From: Octopus vulgaris
Lineage: Eukaryota
Direction of reading: 5' to 3'
Assembly: GCA_951406725.2 (NCBI GenBank)
Contig: OX597814.1
Span: 10,292,001 to 10,356,000 of the forward strand
Length of the DNA: 64,000 nt
In this document: positions 40,343-55,298 of the stretch, in pieces
Layout of the letters: the number at the start of each line of letters is the position of its first letter
Numbering within the stretch: position 1 is the first letter of the stretch
The notes under the pieces: model-generated
What the model was told of the DNA's origin: nothing
The model's input: the letters and a program-made list of their open reading frames with translations, nothing else
Database searches by the model: none
Translations under genes and position numbers: made by a program

Positions 40343-40388
<46 letters not shown>

Positions 40389-40422
40389 CACATATACCTA
40401 CCTACATACAAATATAATACAG

Positions 40423-40470
<48 letters not shown>

Positions 40471-41089
40471 CGTCTTTCCCTCGTTGCTTTATGCTGTGTT
40501 CCGTTATCGCAGCACATTCCTTCCTATAGTACATTATTGCCAAATACCTCATTTTCCTTTGTACCCAACGATATGCCGGTAGGGTCATCCATGTATTCGA
40601 CATAATTCCCCTGCGTCCAAGTTTGAACGAGATGCCCTTCAGCTGCCCCAGCTTACTTTTATTTATAAATAAAAACGTTTAGAAGCTATAAAAGGGATCT
40701 TACTTGATAGAACGACTGCGCACCTACAACATTTTCCGACGGCTGGCTTCTTACCAGGACTAGTGAGGAGATGCCGCCCTGCGATAGTGATCCCAGCTTT
40801 GAACACGCATCTGCACCTGCATCATTGATTGCAGACGCAGAGTACGACTGGCAACCATATGTTACATTGAACCGAACGTAATAGCATCCCACCAAGCCAG
40901 ACGAGCGCTTAATCACATGATGTGGAATTGGTAGAGACTGAGAATCGGGTAACAATACGAAAAGGGAAAAATCAAACGTTTTATAGCGACATAGTAGTTG
41001 AATTATATCATCCCATTTGAACTGAAATGACGCAAAACTATTTCCTCTTAGTTAATTTGTAGCTATTATGGTGGATAGATTTGTGTAGG

Positions 41090-41800
41090 ACGGACAGTTA
41101 TGAACAGGATCGATGTTACTATCTTCAACAGAGACTGCCTTCCATGCACTGGTATATAGTAAACTGTTTAGCTGAAAATCGGCAATATTTGACTTCAAAT
41201 ATCGACTTTGAACCCTTTGTCCTCGCTTTTCCTTATAAATACTCCCTCTTGTAGGTGCTTCATAAAAGAATCCAGGCTCTTTCAGTCTTTTGCAATTGTG
41301 ATAAACGTCCTCCAATGGAGACACGAGCATGTCTGACATGCTACCATTAAAATACGAGCGGACATTATCTGTCTGGTAATTCAGTTCCTACAAGCCGAAC
41401 ACAGTATCCGTTATTAATTTATTTATATCTAAGCAGCCATTTCATCTCTATCATCATAATTTAAATTAAGCGTCGAGGTAACCAGTAGAAACTATCGTCT
41501 CCAGTCCGCCGTTCTTAACGAACTCTTAGAAAAATGCATCAAAAAATTCTCATCACCCGTGACTTAATACCATATGATTTCTGTTACCAATTAAAGACCT
41601 TATCGTCGCATGGTTCTTCAAAACACGCCTCTGTCACACGAACCCATGAAACTGTTCCTAGTGCATAATCAATGGTAATAGACAGTCGTCTGGTGGTTCT
41701 GGGTGTTCAAGAGTCTAGAGGCAATTTGTTTATGAAGTGGGTGTTTGTATAAGAGCACCAGACATTGGGTTGCCCTGGAAAGGCTACAACTCTGCTAAAG
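41090..41800 (-). mobile_element. Decayed RTE-like LINE 3' fragment
   Basis: Minus-strand traces RRVLKNHA and ...TRGSIYKEKRGQRVQSRYLKSNIADFQL...WKAVSVED resemble the RTE C-terminal region (G.R..GRP..R.KD.LK..L...WE..A.DR). Confidence 0.4.
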
Positions 41801-41912
41801 CAGCCCTGACTAATGTAAAATATCTACATTTTTTCTTTCTTCGAAATTTGCTCAACGCGTATTCAACGTGACTTCTATGTGAAAGCCAATAGTAATGTTG
41901 CTGCTGCTGCCG

Positions 41913-41913
41913 G

Positions 41914-41970
<57 letters not shown>

Positions 41971-42507
41971 CGATGACGATGACGACGATGATGACGTCGG
42001 CGTTGATGAGGATGATGATGTCGATGACAAGGATGTGGAGGACGAGAATGATGACTAACACGATGATGACGATGATGATTAGGATGTGGGGGAGGAGGAT
42101 GACAATGATGAGAATGATAACGATGATGAAGAAGAAGAAAATGACGGTGATGATGATGATGATGATGATGATGATAACGATGAAGGTGATGATGATGATG
42201 ACGATGACGATGATGACGTCGACGTTGATGAGGATGATGATGTTGATGGCGACAATGATGATTAAGATGTGGATGAGGAGGATGACAATGTTGAGTGTGA
42301 TAGCGATGATGAAGAAGAAGAAAATGACGGTGATGATGATGATGATGATGATGATGATAACGATGAAGGTGATGATGATGATGACGATGATGACGTCGAC
42401 GTTGATGAGGATAATGATGTCGATGGCGACAATGATGATTAAGATGTGGATGAGGAGGATGACAATGTTGAGTGTGATAGCGATGATGAAGAAGAAGAAA
42501 ATGACGG

Positions 42508-42540
<33 letters not shown>

Positions 42541-42790
42541 CGACGACGACGACGACGATGACGATGACGATGACGATGACGTTGATGTTGATGAGGATGT
42601 GATGTCGATGGCGACGATGAGGATTAAAATATGGAGGAGGAGGATGGCAATGATGAGAAAGATAACGATGATGATGAAGAAGAAAATGACAGTGATGATG
42701 ATGATAATGATGATGATGATGATGATGGTGACGATGACAATGATGACGATAATGATGATGATGGCAGTGACGACGATCATGATGACATGA
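41913..42790. repeat. Compound (GAT/GAC/GAA)n array with higher-order units of about 177-222 bp
   Basis: The anchor gacgtcg(g/a)cgttgatgagg recurs at 41993, 42215 and 42392. Confidence 0.9.
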
Positions 42791-43540
42791 AGGTGGGTAT
42801 AGATTGGAAGAATGAAAACAACACATACATACACACAACAAAAAAAAACAGTAAAGGAAGAGGAGTGATGAAATCAACACTGAGTATATAAATAAATAAA
42901 TAGCTAGAAAAAGACCATGTGATATGAGGGAAGGTTTTCTTGTGAAAGTGATTGTTGCATGAAAAAATAAAATGCAATGACAGGTTCACAGGTAACTGGT
43001 GTGGGGGAAAGTGAAAGTAGGTAAAAAAGCCTACCAAAACTATTATTGATGTAGTAAAAATATGATGCATTGTGTTCAATATGGATAAGCACATGATTTC
43101 GGCTGGTACTGGTGGTGGCGATGGTAGTGGTGGTGGTGGTGGTGATTGTGGTGGTGGTGGTGATTGTGGTGATTGCAGTGGTGGTTTTAGTGATGATGGA
43201 GAACGGAGATGGGGAGATGATGTGAGATTTTATGCCAATATATCAATATGTCAATATGTAAAAAAAAAAAAAGGGGGAGATAGGCGTATGGATGTTGCAT
43301 TTGGGCTTACTTAAGTGTGAATGTGTGCATGTATGTATATGTGAAAGTATGTTTATGTGTGTATGTGTGTGTGTGTGTGCTTGTTTTTGAGCGTGTGTGT
43401 GTGTATGTGTGTAGTATCTATGAAGGCATCTGATCAGTTCGAATATACGAGTGTGCTGGATGAAAGGGCAGAAGAAATGCAAACGTATGTATGTTTACAT
43501 TCATATTCACACATATACGTGCATATGTCAAGAGAGAGAA

Positions 43541-43574
<34 letters not shown>

Positions 43575-43864
43575 TAAGAGAATTTAGAGAGTGAATGAGT
43601 GAGTGATTGTATAAATGACTGTGTGAGTGAGTGAGAAATAGGGAGTAGGAAATAAAAACCTGTTTCAAGTTGAAAAGTGAAGAATCGAATGAAAAAAAAC
43701 TTTGTGGGCAACACTGAAGCATGAAAGTATATACGCATCTACCTCCTCAAATGAATGCATAGGGCATGTAATATATATGAATGTGTGAGTGTATGTGTGC
43801 GTGTGTGTGTGTCTGTGTCTGTGTATAAGCCTATATATGAGTGTGTATGTGTCTGAGGTTATGC

Positions 43865-43978
<114 letters not shown>

Positions 43979-44869
43979 GAGAGAGAGAGAGAGAGAGAGT
44001 GAGAGTTAGATAAATAGACACCTTGTTAGATTGCTAGATAGATAAGTAGATAGATAGATAGACAGACAGGTAGGTAGGATTGAATGTGGAGCTAAAATTC
44101 TAGTCGAAGGAACAGCGCAAGAAAGGAAAAAGAAAAATAGTGTTTCCCTAAACAAATAATAGTTATAAAAAAATACAGTGTATAATGAAAACATTCTGTC
44201 TACTTTATTTAGTTTATTTATACAGGAATCCATATGTAGTGTAGATAAATAAACTGATATATATATATGTGTGTGTGTGATATAAAAAGGGCTGAAAATG
44301 CGTTAAAAATACGTTGTATATATATATTTGAATAAAACAATTTTTTTTTTAACATAGAAGGTAACTATTTCTATATGTCTATATCGTACGAAAATAAAGA
44401 TACAAAATTATGCTTTCTCATAAAAATAAAATGTTCTCATATAAAAGTTTTACTCTAAAAATATTAATGTATGTTTTCACAAAGTGAGTTTGACACATAC
44501 AGAAAAAACAAAACAAAGAAAAAGAGAATTACATTTTACTGAAAAGTTTTCGTATTAAAAACGTTTTACTGAATACATTTTTGTGCATGTTTTAGCGTCG
44601 CAGGTGAAAGAAAGTCACATTTTACTGACTGGTTTCCATTGTCATCAGCCCTGAAAGTTTAGATTATGTTATTCAGGTCAAATTTTAACACAAGTGGTTG
44701 AAGAAACACGGGTGACTAACCTCCTGTTAAGGAAGCTCTGTACAATTGTGAAACCGATCACATGGAACACCAGTTTTTGTCTCCGGAGACGAACACCAAT
44801 GTTCCATGTGATAAGCTAGATAATTGTTAAGGGACTTCTGAACATGAAACCAATGGTAGCCTAAATCCA

Positions 44870-44910
<41 letters not shown>

Positions 44911-45205
44911 GAGAGAGAGAGAGAGAGAAAAAGAGAGAGAGAGAAAGAGAGAGGGGAGGGAGAGAGATAGACACACAAACACACATCACATACATACGCT
45001 ACCAGTCGCAGAAAATTAGAGTATTTGTTTTGTTTAAACACCAATTTGCTGTAAGGAAACTCCCTATACAACGCTGAGTGTCAAAGAAGACCAAGTGTCC
45101 TAGACCCGAATAATTGGGAATGGTAGATACCGGATATTTCACCATTATTGGGGCTTATTGATAACGCATTTGGATCACTTTGAAACGAAATGAATCGCTA
45201 ATCTG

Positions 45206-45290
<85 letters not shown>

Positions 45291-46324
45291 CAGTATATAT
45301 ATACATACATATGTCCTGTGAATGACTTTAAATTGCCTTCGGTAGCGGGGCTCTCTTCGGGACTTCCAGGATTTTGAAGAGTGTGGAACCACCTCTTAGC
45401 CATTATTGTTCCCTAGTCAACTTTGACCTAGAATAGTATCACCTGTAAGTCTCCTACCTATGGGTTAACTAGCATATGTGATGGTATTTCCATCTGACCG
45501 CGGGGACGTAGTAACATCGGGAGTGAAGTACCCGTGGGTTTTGTCACAACATCCTTTTAGGAAAGGAAAGCTCTGATGTAAAACCAGTGGTTTTTATGTG
45601 ATTACTGATCATCTCGTTTCAGTTTGTCGCTCAGTACTAATCACACAGACTAAGAGTCTGATACACGTGTTGTACAAGCGTTTGTAACTATAATCCACTG
45701 ATGTATAGGTGTCTCTTTATGCTGACCTCATTTTTCATTCCAGCTACTGAAAATGGCGATGGAAGAATGCGCCTAACTGGTTAGAAGTGCACTGTACGTT
45801 ATAACTTCCCTTTGCCACTTATGCTCTAAATCATGACAGGTCTGCAGCAAGATTGAATATTCATCTCAGAGGTCATAGACGGAAAGTATGAAATGCAAAG
45901 ATACAGCAATTATCCGTAAAAATGGAACAATCACCATGTATGTATATATGTATGTATATATGTATGTATAAATGAATGCATATACATATTAATAGATATA
46001 TGATTCTGGAGACACAAAGATTTGTTTTCTTATATACTTTATCTTTTCATTTACTTTTATTTATTTATCAATTTATTTTCTTATTCATCCTTTTATTCTC
46101 TTCTTCTCTTTGACTTTTCCTGTCTTTGACCGGTGTTTCTGCGTGTGTTTTTTTTGTGTAGCTATTGACATGCAAATGAAATAATTATGAACATCATCAA
46201 AGGATATATATTTTTGTAAATTTGCTTTTCATTCAACTTATACATTGATCCGAAGAGTCTATATTGTTCAGTACTGGTGGGATAATGCTAATCTGATGCA
46301 TTATTTCGTATATTATACAATAAT

Positions 46325-46538
46325 CTTTTCTACTATAGGCACGAAACCTGAAATTTTAGTGGAGGGAACCAGTCGATTAGATCGACTCCAGTACTCAACT
46401 GGTTCTTAATTTATCGACCTCGGAAGGATGAAAAGCAAAGTCGACCCCTGTGGAATTTGAACTCAGGACGTAACGACGGGCGAAAGACCACTAAGCATTT
46501 CTTCCAGCGTGCTAACGATTCTGTCCGCTCACCGCCTT
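46325..46538 (-). mobile_element. SINE family A, older subfamily
   Basis: Head and central domain are present; tail cttttctactataggcac. Confidence 0.85.
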
Positions 46539-46757
46539 GTATATTATATGATATTACCTTAATAAACTTTTGGTAAAGAACCAATGAAACAGTTGCAATA
46601 AAACGAGTCGCTCAGTCGATTCCCCTTGGTTCGAAAATCTGATTAAAGATCAAGGCTCCATAAGACCTTCAGTATCTTTGCATTTAAGTAAGTAGTCGTG
46701 ATTTTCTAAAAAACAATGTCGAAGGTCTTTGTGATTGGTACGATATGAAATATTTAG

Positions 46758-46985
46758 TTCTTTATTGCCCACTGGAGGCTAAACATAGAGGGGACAAAAA
46801 AGGACAGACAAACGGATTAAGTCGATTACATCAACCCCAGTGCGTAACTGGTACTTATTTAATCGACCCCGAAAGGATGAAAGGCAAAGTCGACCTCGGC
46901 GGAATTTGAACTCAGAACGTAAAGACAGACGAAATATCGCTAAGCATTTCGCCCGGCGTGCTAACGTTTCTGCCAGCTCACCACC
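46758..46985 (-). mobile_element. Young SINE family A
   Basis: Consensus-like copy with a TSD-like tacgatat(g/c)aaatatt on both sides. Confidence 0.9.
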
Positions 46986-48273
46986 TACGATATCAAATAT
47001 TGAGCTCATAATCATACACATCATAGTCCTTCAGCGTTGAACCTAAAAGTCCTGCCTTCATTTTTGACAAAACATGATTCCTTTAAAGATTACTTTGCCA
47101 GACCTGGAAAAGTTTATGGAAATGTGTAAATTCATTTTTGAAAGTTCAAACCACGCGACGTGCAATCTTGATGCTGTTCGATTTCTTAATTTAAAGAGGT
47201 GTAGTTTCTTTTCTAGTACAACAGAAAGTTAACTTTTGTTCACTTGTGTAGCATGAGTACCAGAATGAAATAATACTAGAATAGATGCTGCTGATGAAGC
47301 CATCTGTCAAACTTTTCAATGTATGCCATAACCGATGGTGCTAAAAGTGCTATAAGGCATCTCGGGAGTTTTGAACATGGTTATCTCCTCAGTATATTAT
47401 CGAACACTTAAAAGTGTGCCTCGATAAGGAGGATCTCATGCACCCTTAGCGATGGAGTGTCGTCAGCACCTGATACTCCAGCTAGAGCCGTTCATTCTGC
47501 TAAGACGCTACTATTCTTTTCCGACCAGATTTGAGGTCAAAATTGTCAACAGTGTTCCATTGACCGACTCAGATTTATCATTTACTATCGGTTATTTTTT
47601 GATGGGTTCACATGGTGGTTTCCACTCCTGTATAAAAGCTATGTTCTATATCTGATGGCGAAATCAGGGTAGACCTTTTGTGGGCACAAGTGAAAGTCAC
47701 AGTAGCAGTCTTTGCGGAACCTAACTCTACGACCAAACAGGAATGACTTGTGACAAATAGTTGATAACTTGCCTTAAATCACCCTCAATCTCTATGGTTC
47801 TCAGTTGTTTTGGCATATAGACCCATGTGATTCCTATTTTATTTAGGTAGATCCTTATAGCCATTCGATGTTTAAAATATCATATGTTAGGAATTGTATT
47901 AAAAACTACTTAAAATATTTTGTGCATTATAGAAGTATAAAGAATTTATTGCACATAGGTTTTTACAGCAAAATCTTATATGGACCTCTAAGAGCCATAT
48001 GGACTCTAAAAGAGAACCACTGCATCGCAAGTATTGAAAGAGAAAAACGCATTCCATTAGGAAGTCGAAGATATATGAGTGCTCATAGCTGTAGCAACTT
48101 TTATTAAAATTCTACTCTATCAAGATCGATCGAGTACTAAACAATAACTACAACAAAAAAAAAACCAAAAACAAGTTAATGAGGGAGTCTCAACCTGGTA
48201 AAAGATTCTCTTATATAGAATACACTACAGTATTGAGAACGAAGAAAAACGCATCGGATAAAAACAGTCTATA

Positions 48274-48670
48274 GGCGCAGGAGTGGCTGTGTGGTAAATA
48301 GCTTGCTAACCAGCCATATGGTTCCGGGTTCAGTCCCACTGCGTGGCATCTTGGGCAAGTGTCTTCTGCTATAGCCCCGGGCCGACCATTACCTTGTGAG
48401 TGGATTTGGTAGACGGAAACTGAAAGAAGCCTGTCGTATATATGTATATATGTGTGTGTGTGTGTGTTTGTGTGTCTGTGTTTGTCCCCCTAGCATTGCT
48501 TGACAACCGATGCTGGTGTGTTTACGTCCCCGTTACTTAGCGGTTCGGCAAAAGAGACCGATAGAATGAGTACTGGGCTTACAAAGAATAAGTCCCGGGG
48601 TCGAGTTGCTCGACTAAAGGCGGTGCTCCAGCATGGCCGCAGTCAAATGAATGAAACAAGTAAAAGAGAA
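48274..48670 (+). mobile_element. Full-length SINE family B
   Basis: tRNA-like head GGCGCAGGAGTGGCTGTGTGGTAA...GGTTCAGTCCC, CORE-like CTTGGGCAAGTG, internal TA/TG microsatellite, and tail GAAACAAGTAAAAGAG. Confidence 0.92.
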
Positions 48671-49107
48671 AGATAATCTAAAATGAAAATGGGATCGGAT
48701 AGTCATGGCTGGAGTGCCTTTGATCATAGTTCTATTCAGTCAGAACTTACACCAAAGCCTACACTTCAATGCCGACAGCAGTTAAAAGGATCTAATAAAT
48801 ATATTTATTATTAACTGTCGAATGTAAGGGTGACAATGCTTACAACAGCGGTAGTGATACAAGGGAAAAATATTGGAGTAGAGGTGCAAAGGAGAGATTC
48901 AGATGTTGGTGCCGGAGAAAGAACAAATAAAAACCATATACTAGTTAAAAATGTAAAAAAAAACAAAAAGCCCTAAAAACTAGAATACCGTAAATATCTT
49001 AAGAGGATAAACAAATTAGCAAACATACAAACATTCATAATGCAAGCCGAACACATCGAGAGAGCGTGCGTCTGTACGCGAATAACATATATATACATAT
49101 ATATATA

Positions 49108-49143
<36 letters not shown>

Positions 49144-49289
49144 ACGTCATTAGAAAATAAATAAGATTAGCGATATTACTGGAGTGATGAGTATCGGTGT
49201 TGACATATCGTCAAAGGACACTCCGCCGACGTGCATTCTCAAGCTTCAAAAATATATATCAGTATTATTTTTTTCTCCCTGTATTAAAT

Positions 49290-49348
<59 letters not shown>

Positions 49349-49767
49349 GCTAACAATATCGAGGATAGTTTTGTTCTCGCTTTTATTACTGGTGTTTATT
49401 TTTGGTGTTAAATTTTCTGCATTATAATACTTATTCAAATGAGATTATGACGATGAAAAAAGGGAGATGATGAAGCGTATTCAAACATGCAAATATATAT
49501 ATATATATGAACTCACACACACACACGGACAGACACATACACGCAGTCGCGCGCGCTCACACACGCACACACTCACACACATACACACACTCACACACCT
49601 ACACATTAGTATACATCATACACATGCATATATTTGCCTATACCTACCTACCTATCTACCTACCTACCTACCTATATATATATATATATATGTGTGTGTG
49701 TGAATGTGGATGTATATATCTATCTATCTATATATCTATCTATCTATCTATCTACCTATCTATCTAC

Positions 49768-49817
<50 letters not shown>

Positions 49818-49828
49818 GTCTGTCTGTA

Positions 49829-49942
<114 letters not shown>

Positions 49943-50896
49943 CACACAAACGTATGTATATATATTATATGTATATATATATATATAGATAGATAGATAC
50001 AGTATATGGGTGTTTATATACTTTATATATACATACATATACATATATATATATACACATATATACATACATACGTGCATAAAAACGTGCATACATACAT
50101 ACATACATACATACATACGTAAATATGTATGCATGTATGTTTGCATGTGTGTATGTATGTATATATGTATGGATGGATGGATGGATGGATGGAAGGATGA
50201 ACGTATGTACGTGTGCATAAAATATGTATATTTTATTAAACTTCATTTGATTTTTCTCGTCAAATTTTGTCACAATATAAAATTTTGATGACGTATTAAG
50301 CAAGATTTAAGATTTAATACTTACTAAATAAGACTCTTGTTGACAGGTAAGCGAGAGTTTTTGCAGTTATCTTCATCCCCACTGATCTCCTTGGCTTTCT
50401 TCTATTAGCTTTTGTTACGTTGTTCTTTAGACCCGCTCCATTCTCTCTGTCTGTCTGTCTGTCTGTCTGCATGTCTCTCCCTCACTCTCTGTCTTTCTCT
50501 ATATTTGTCTGTACCTCACTCTTTATCACTTTCCTTGTTGTCTTTCTCCCGTCCCTCTCTATCTCTCATTCTATCGCTGAACCCAATCTCCACCATTTTC
50601 TCACAGTATCATTACAACGGACGTTTTTCACTGAATACTCTTTCTATATTTAACAAACTCTTTTAGCGTATCTCAGCACCTTTATTATATATATATATAT
50701 ATATTTTCTCTCCTTTGTCAAGCATTTTCTCGAAGAGTTGGACTTTCCTGCCAGCTTTCTCTCTATCGATCTGTCAATGAACCTTTTTCCATCAATTTGC
50801 CTCTCACTTTGTGCGTGACTGTGTGTGTCTGCATGCGTGTGCATGTGTGTATGTACAAATGTGTGTATATATGTACATGTATGTGTGTGTGTATGG

Positions 50897-50926
<30 letters not shown>

Positions 50927-50927
<1 letters not shown>

Positions 50928-51326
50928 CTCTTTACTCTTTACTCTTTTACTTGTTTCAGTCATTTGACTGCGGCCATGCTGGAGCACCGCCTTTAGTCGA
51001 GCAAATCGACCCCGGGACTTATTCTTTGTAAGCCCAGTACTTATTCTATCGGTCTCTTTTGCCGAACCGCTTGGTGACGGGGACGTAAACACATCAGTAT
51101 CGGTTGTCAAGCAATGCTAGGGGGACAAACACAGACACACAAACACACACACATACATACACACACACACATATATATATATATACATATATACGACAGG
51201 CTTCTTTCAGTTTCTTTCTACCAAATCACAAGGGGCTATAGTAGAAGACACTTGCCCAAGATGCCACGCAGTGGGACTGAACCCGGAACCATGTGGTTGG
51301 TTAGCTAGCTACTTACCACACAGCCA
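50927..51326 (-). mobile_element. SINE family B
   Basis: Reverse complement of 48274-48670, with a (GAGTAAA)n tail. Confidence 0.9.
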
Positions 51327-51603
51327 TATACACACACATATATATATATATATTACATATATATATAATATGCATATATACATGCCTACGTACACATATT
51401 CATATACTTTTAGAAGGAAACGGTTGAAAGTTACTTCGAAGTCACTGTCAACTTCTTATAAACCTCAGCGAACTACGATATGAATCTCAGCACCACATAC
51501 AAGCACGCACAACCACAAACACGCAAACACTCATACATACACATTATATATATTACACCTACGCATACATATACATGCATATATATACCTATATATGCAT
51601 ATA

Positions 51604-51644
<41 letters not shown>

Positions 51645-52070
51645 GCACAAACACATGCATACAGATACACACACCCACACACACCCTGCATGTATGTACG
51701 TTTATATAAGGGTTTTGAATGTGTGTGCTGTACATCAATGTATTCTTTATATATTAATCTCCATTTTAAAATCGTATGTATTTTTCTTTTGGTAGGCGAG
51801 GATAGAGAACTTTTCAAATGTCGTCAAACTATTTGTATGTCGTAGAGCTTTGAGGATGTAACAAGCAAAGATGTCTAAGGTTACACTTACTACATACGAC
51901 CGTTGATGACAACCACCAAGATCTTAATCCAAATCTCAAGCAGTTTTTATCTTCTTTATCTCCATTCCCCCTTTTTCTTCATAAAAATCTAAGATTTTTA
52001 TGCCGTTTCATTTCTCTCTCTTTCTCGCTCTCCCTCTCTCCCCGTTTGTTTGACTATCTGTCTCTGTCTG

Positions 52071-52138
<68 letters not shown>

Positions 52139-52321
52139 CCTACCTACCTATCTATCTCCTAACTTTCTCAGTTAGCCTCGTTGTTTCCCTTTAACATAAT
52201 TTTGATAGTTTTATTTTGCATTTAGATATGACTTTTACTCTCAGCATATTTTCGTGTCACATCACCACATTTCATTGCACGGATTTCTATTTATTTAGCT
52301 CCTTTCTTGTGTATCCATTTC

Positions 52322-52370
<49 letters not shown>

Positions 52371-52819
52371 GTATATATATATATATATATATATGATACA
52401 TTAAAAGTCAGTTTGAATCTTGCTTGCTTGCAAATTTACCCAGCCAAACCTGCGCATAATGGAAAATACTATGAATTAAATTTACCCTGAAATGTTAATA
52501 CGAACGGAATAAAACAAGTTTCGTGTATGTCGGACAAGTGGTTTTAAATATATCAGGAGTTTTGGGGTATAACTGCCCCAAATGGTGCATAATGGGAAAA
52601 TAATCCGAAAATAATCTTCATCCTGAAAGGGAAGAAGCTCTTATCTTGCTATTAGACACAGTGAGTTGACAACGAAAAAATACGAGGTTTTTTATAGTAA
52701 TTATTTTATTTTCGCATTTGGTAAACAATATTTTAATCCTTTAGAAAAATGTAAGCTGTATGTTCAGTATGTATTTATATTTTAGCTTTCTTTAAACAGA
52801 CAATATTTGTGCCTATGTA

Positions 52820-53640
52820 CGTGGTCTAATGAATAAATACCCGGACTGTTGTCATAGCACAGATTAACCCTCAACTGTGCTTTGCATGCGCACAAAACTT
52901 TAACGTTCTAGCTTACTTCTGCTGTTTACAGCAATGCTTGGAAGGAAGGTGTATAGCGTGTCACCGTCGCATTGGCCACGACAGAGAAAGCTGAGCAGAG
53001 AATCTGCATTAAATTTTGCCAAAAGCTTGGCGGTACCTGCTCAGAGGCCTACGCAAAGTTTTCAAAAATGTTCATCGTTCTCGACAGTTAAGGAGATCTT
53101 GTGTAACTGAAACTCGAATGTCATTTTGGTCTACTGAAAGAAGTTTTAGCACAAGCTAGACAGAAACGCGTCTCATACCCCAAATCTTCAGTGATAATGG
53201 ACTGAACCGAATCGTCACTAATCTTCATGTCCTCTGATAACTCACTGATGGTGATTCGACGATTTCGCCTAACAGCTGCATGCACATCGGCTGGTTGCAG
53301 GTCCCCCAAAGTGTTCCTTGATATCAACATTTTTTTGCCCATCTTGGAAACGTCTGAACCACTCGTACAGATATGTGTGGCTCACACATTCTTCTTGCAT
53401 GCACTTCCTGCAATATTAAGCAGGCCGCTGAGCAGGTATCGCCATGACAACTTTCTCTATCTCGGTCAATGCGAAGATCACATGCGACACTGCTGTAAGC
53501 AGTGGAAGAGAGCTAGAACGCTAAAATTTAGTGCGCATGCCCAGCAGAGTTTAAGGTCAACCTGTGCCAAGTGGCTTCACTCTGTGTGCTTTAGCTACAT
53601 TACAATGGGAACAGTCCGGGTACTAATTGATCAGACCTCG
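52820..53640. mobile_element. Non-autonomous fold-back mariner element with TIRs and a TA target duplication
   Basis: TA|cgtggtctaatgaataaatacccggactgtt ... aacagtccgggtactaattgatcagacctcg|TA. The transposase N-terminus is present on both strands (+: EKAEQRICIKFCQKLG; -: YEWFRRFQDG...RRITISELSE). Confidence 0.9.
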
Positions 53641-53673
53641 TATACACACACACATATAAACATATATTTTATA

Positions 53674-53744
<71 letters not shown>

Positions 53745-53762
53745 GTATATATATGTGTGTGT

Positions 53763-53804
<42 letters not shown>

Positions 53805-54388
53805 CACTCTGTCCATCTGTATATTTGTCTGTCTGTCTCTGACTAATTATCAATCTACAGATCAATTAGCCAATCAACATATAGATCTATATGTCTTACT
53901 AGCTATCAGTTTATCTTTCTTTCTTCTTTACTTTCTCTCAATCTTCGTATACATACCAGCTCATTTACCACTATATCTATCTCTATAATGCAAGTACATA
54001 TATTAATCTGTAAACCTGTACATTCGTGTATCTCGTCTACCTTCAATCCACTCCAATGTCTTAATACCATACATCTCTATATATGCAATATATTGCAATA
54101 TATCACATTCATTCATGTATGAGTGGGCTATTCTTCTGTGAAATGTATATATTTCTTCATTTTCTGGAGGCCTTACTTTCACTTTACCCCGCCAATCAAG
54201 CATTCACTCGTTTCCCGTCTTTCATATATGTATGTATGTATGTATGTATGTACGTATGTATGTATGTATATGCATGTATGTATGTATGTATGTATATGCA
54301 TGTATGTATGTACGTACGTATGTATGTGTATATATGCATGTTATATATCTAGTTAAACATATATATTATATATATATATATGTATATC

Positions 54389-54455
<67 letters not shown>

Positions 54456-54764
54456 CATATATACATATGTATGTATATATATTAAAAAAGATATGTTATA
54501 TGCAACAATGTATATATATATATATAGGTGTATATATATATATATATATATATATAGTATGTATGTATGTATGTGTGTGTGTATGTATTTATGTATGTAT
54601 GAATGTTTATATATATATGCGTGTGTGTATAGGTATTCATCGTATATTTGAATACTGAACGAATATATAGATAAGTATGTATATGTATATGATCACACAC
54701 ATGCACATATATATACATATGAATGTATATATATACATATATGTATATATATACATGCATATAT

Positions 54765-54853
<89 letters not shown>

Positions 54854-55071
54854 TATACGTATATACGCACTCAGACCTTTTGTACCCACATATTCATGAA
54901 TATATAAAATGCGCGTGTATCCGCATATATGTGAGTGTGTGTATGCGCATGTTTGCTACAGAGGGCATATGCATACGTTTGTATCTATATGCGTACATAT
55001 ACTTATGTGCATACATATTTACACATACACACACACACTCACGCATATGCATATACACACACAAACACACT

Positions 55072-55102
<31 letters not shown>

Positions 55103-55244
55103 TTAATATAATCACACATATATGTATATATATATATATATATACACAAATGTACACACATATATACATGCCTACCTACCTACCTGTCTACCTCCCTACC
55201 TTCATACCTACCTCCCTATCTACCTACCTAACTACATACATACA

Positions 55245-55298
<54 letters not shown>

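Noticed and set aside
41895-42602. Met-rich ORF as a reflectin-like protein
   Set aside because: It lacks reflectin motifs and Tyr/Arg/Trp richness; it is the alternative frame of a (GAT)n array.
45310-45590. Possible LINE 5' UTR with an HDV-like ribozyme
   Set aside because: The nested double-pseudoknot pairings could not be built by eye; it needs a descriptor search.
47030-47830. Unique block with a short ORF at 47452-47655
   Set aside because: No splice signals or recognisable motif; likely a decayed transposon.
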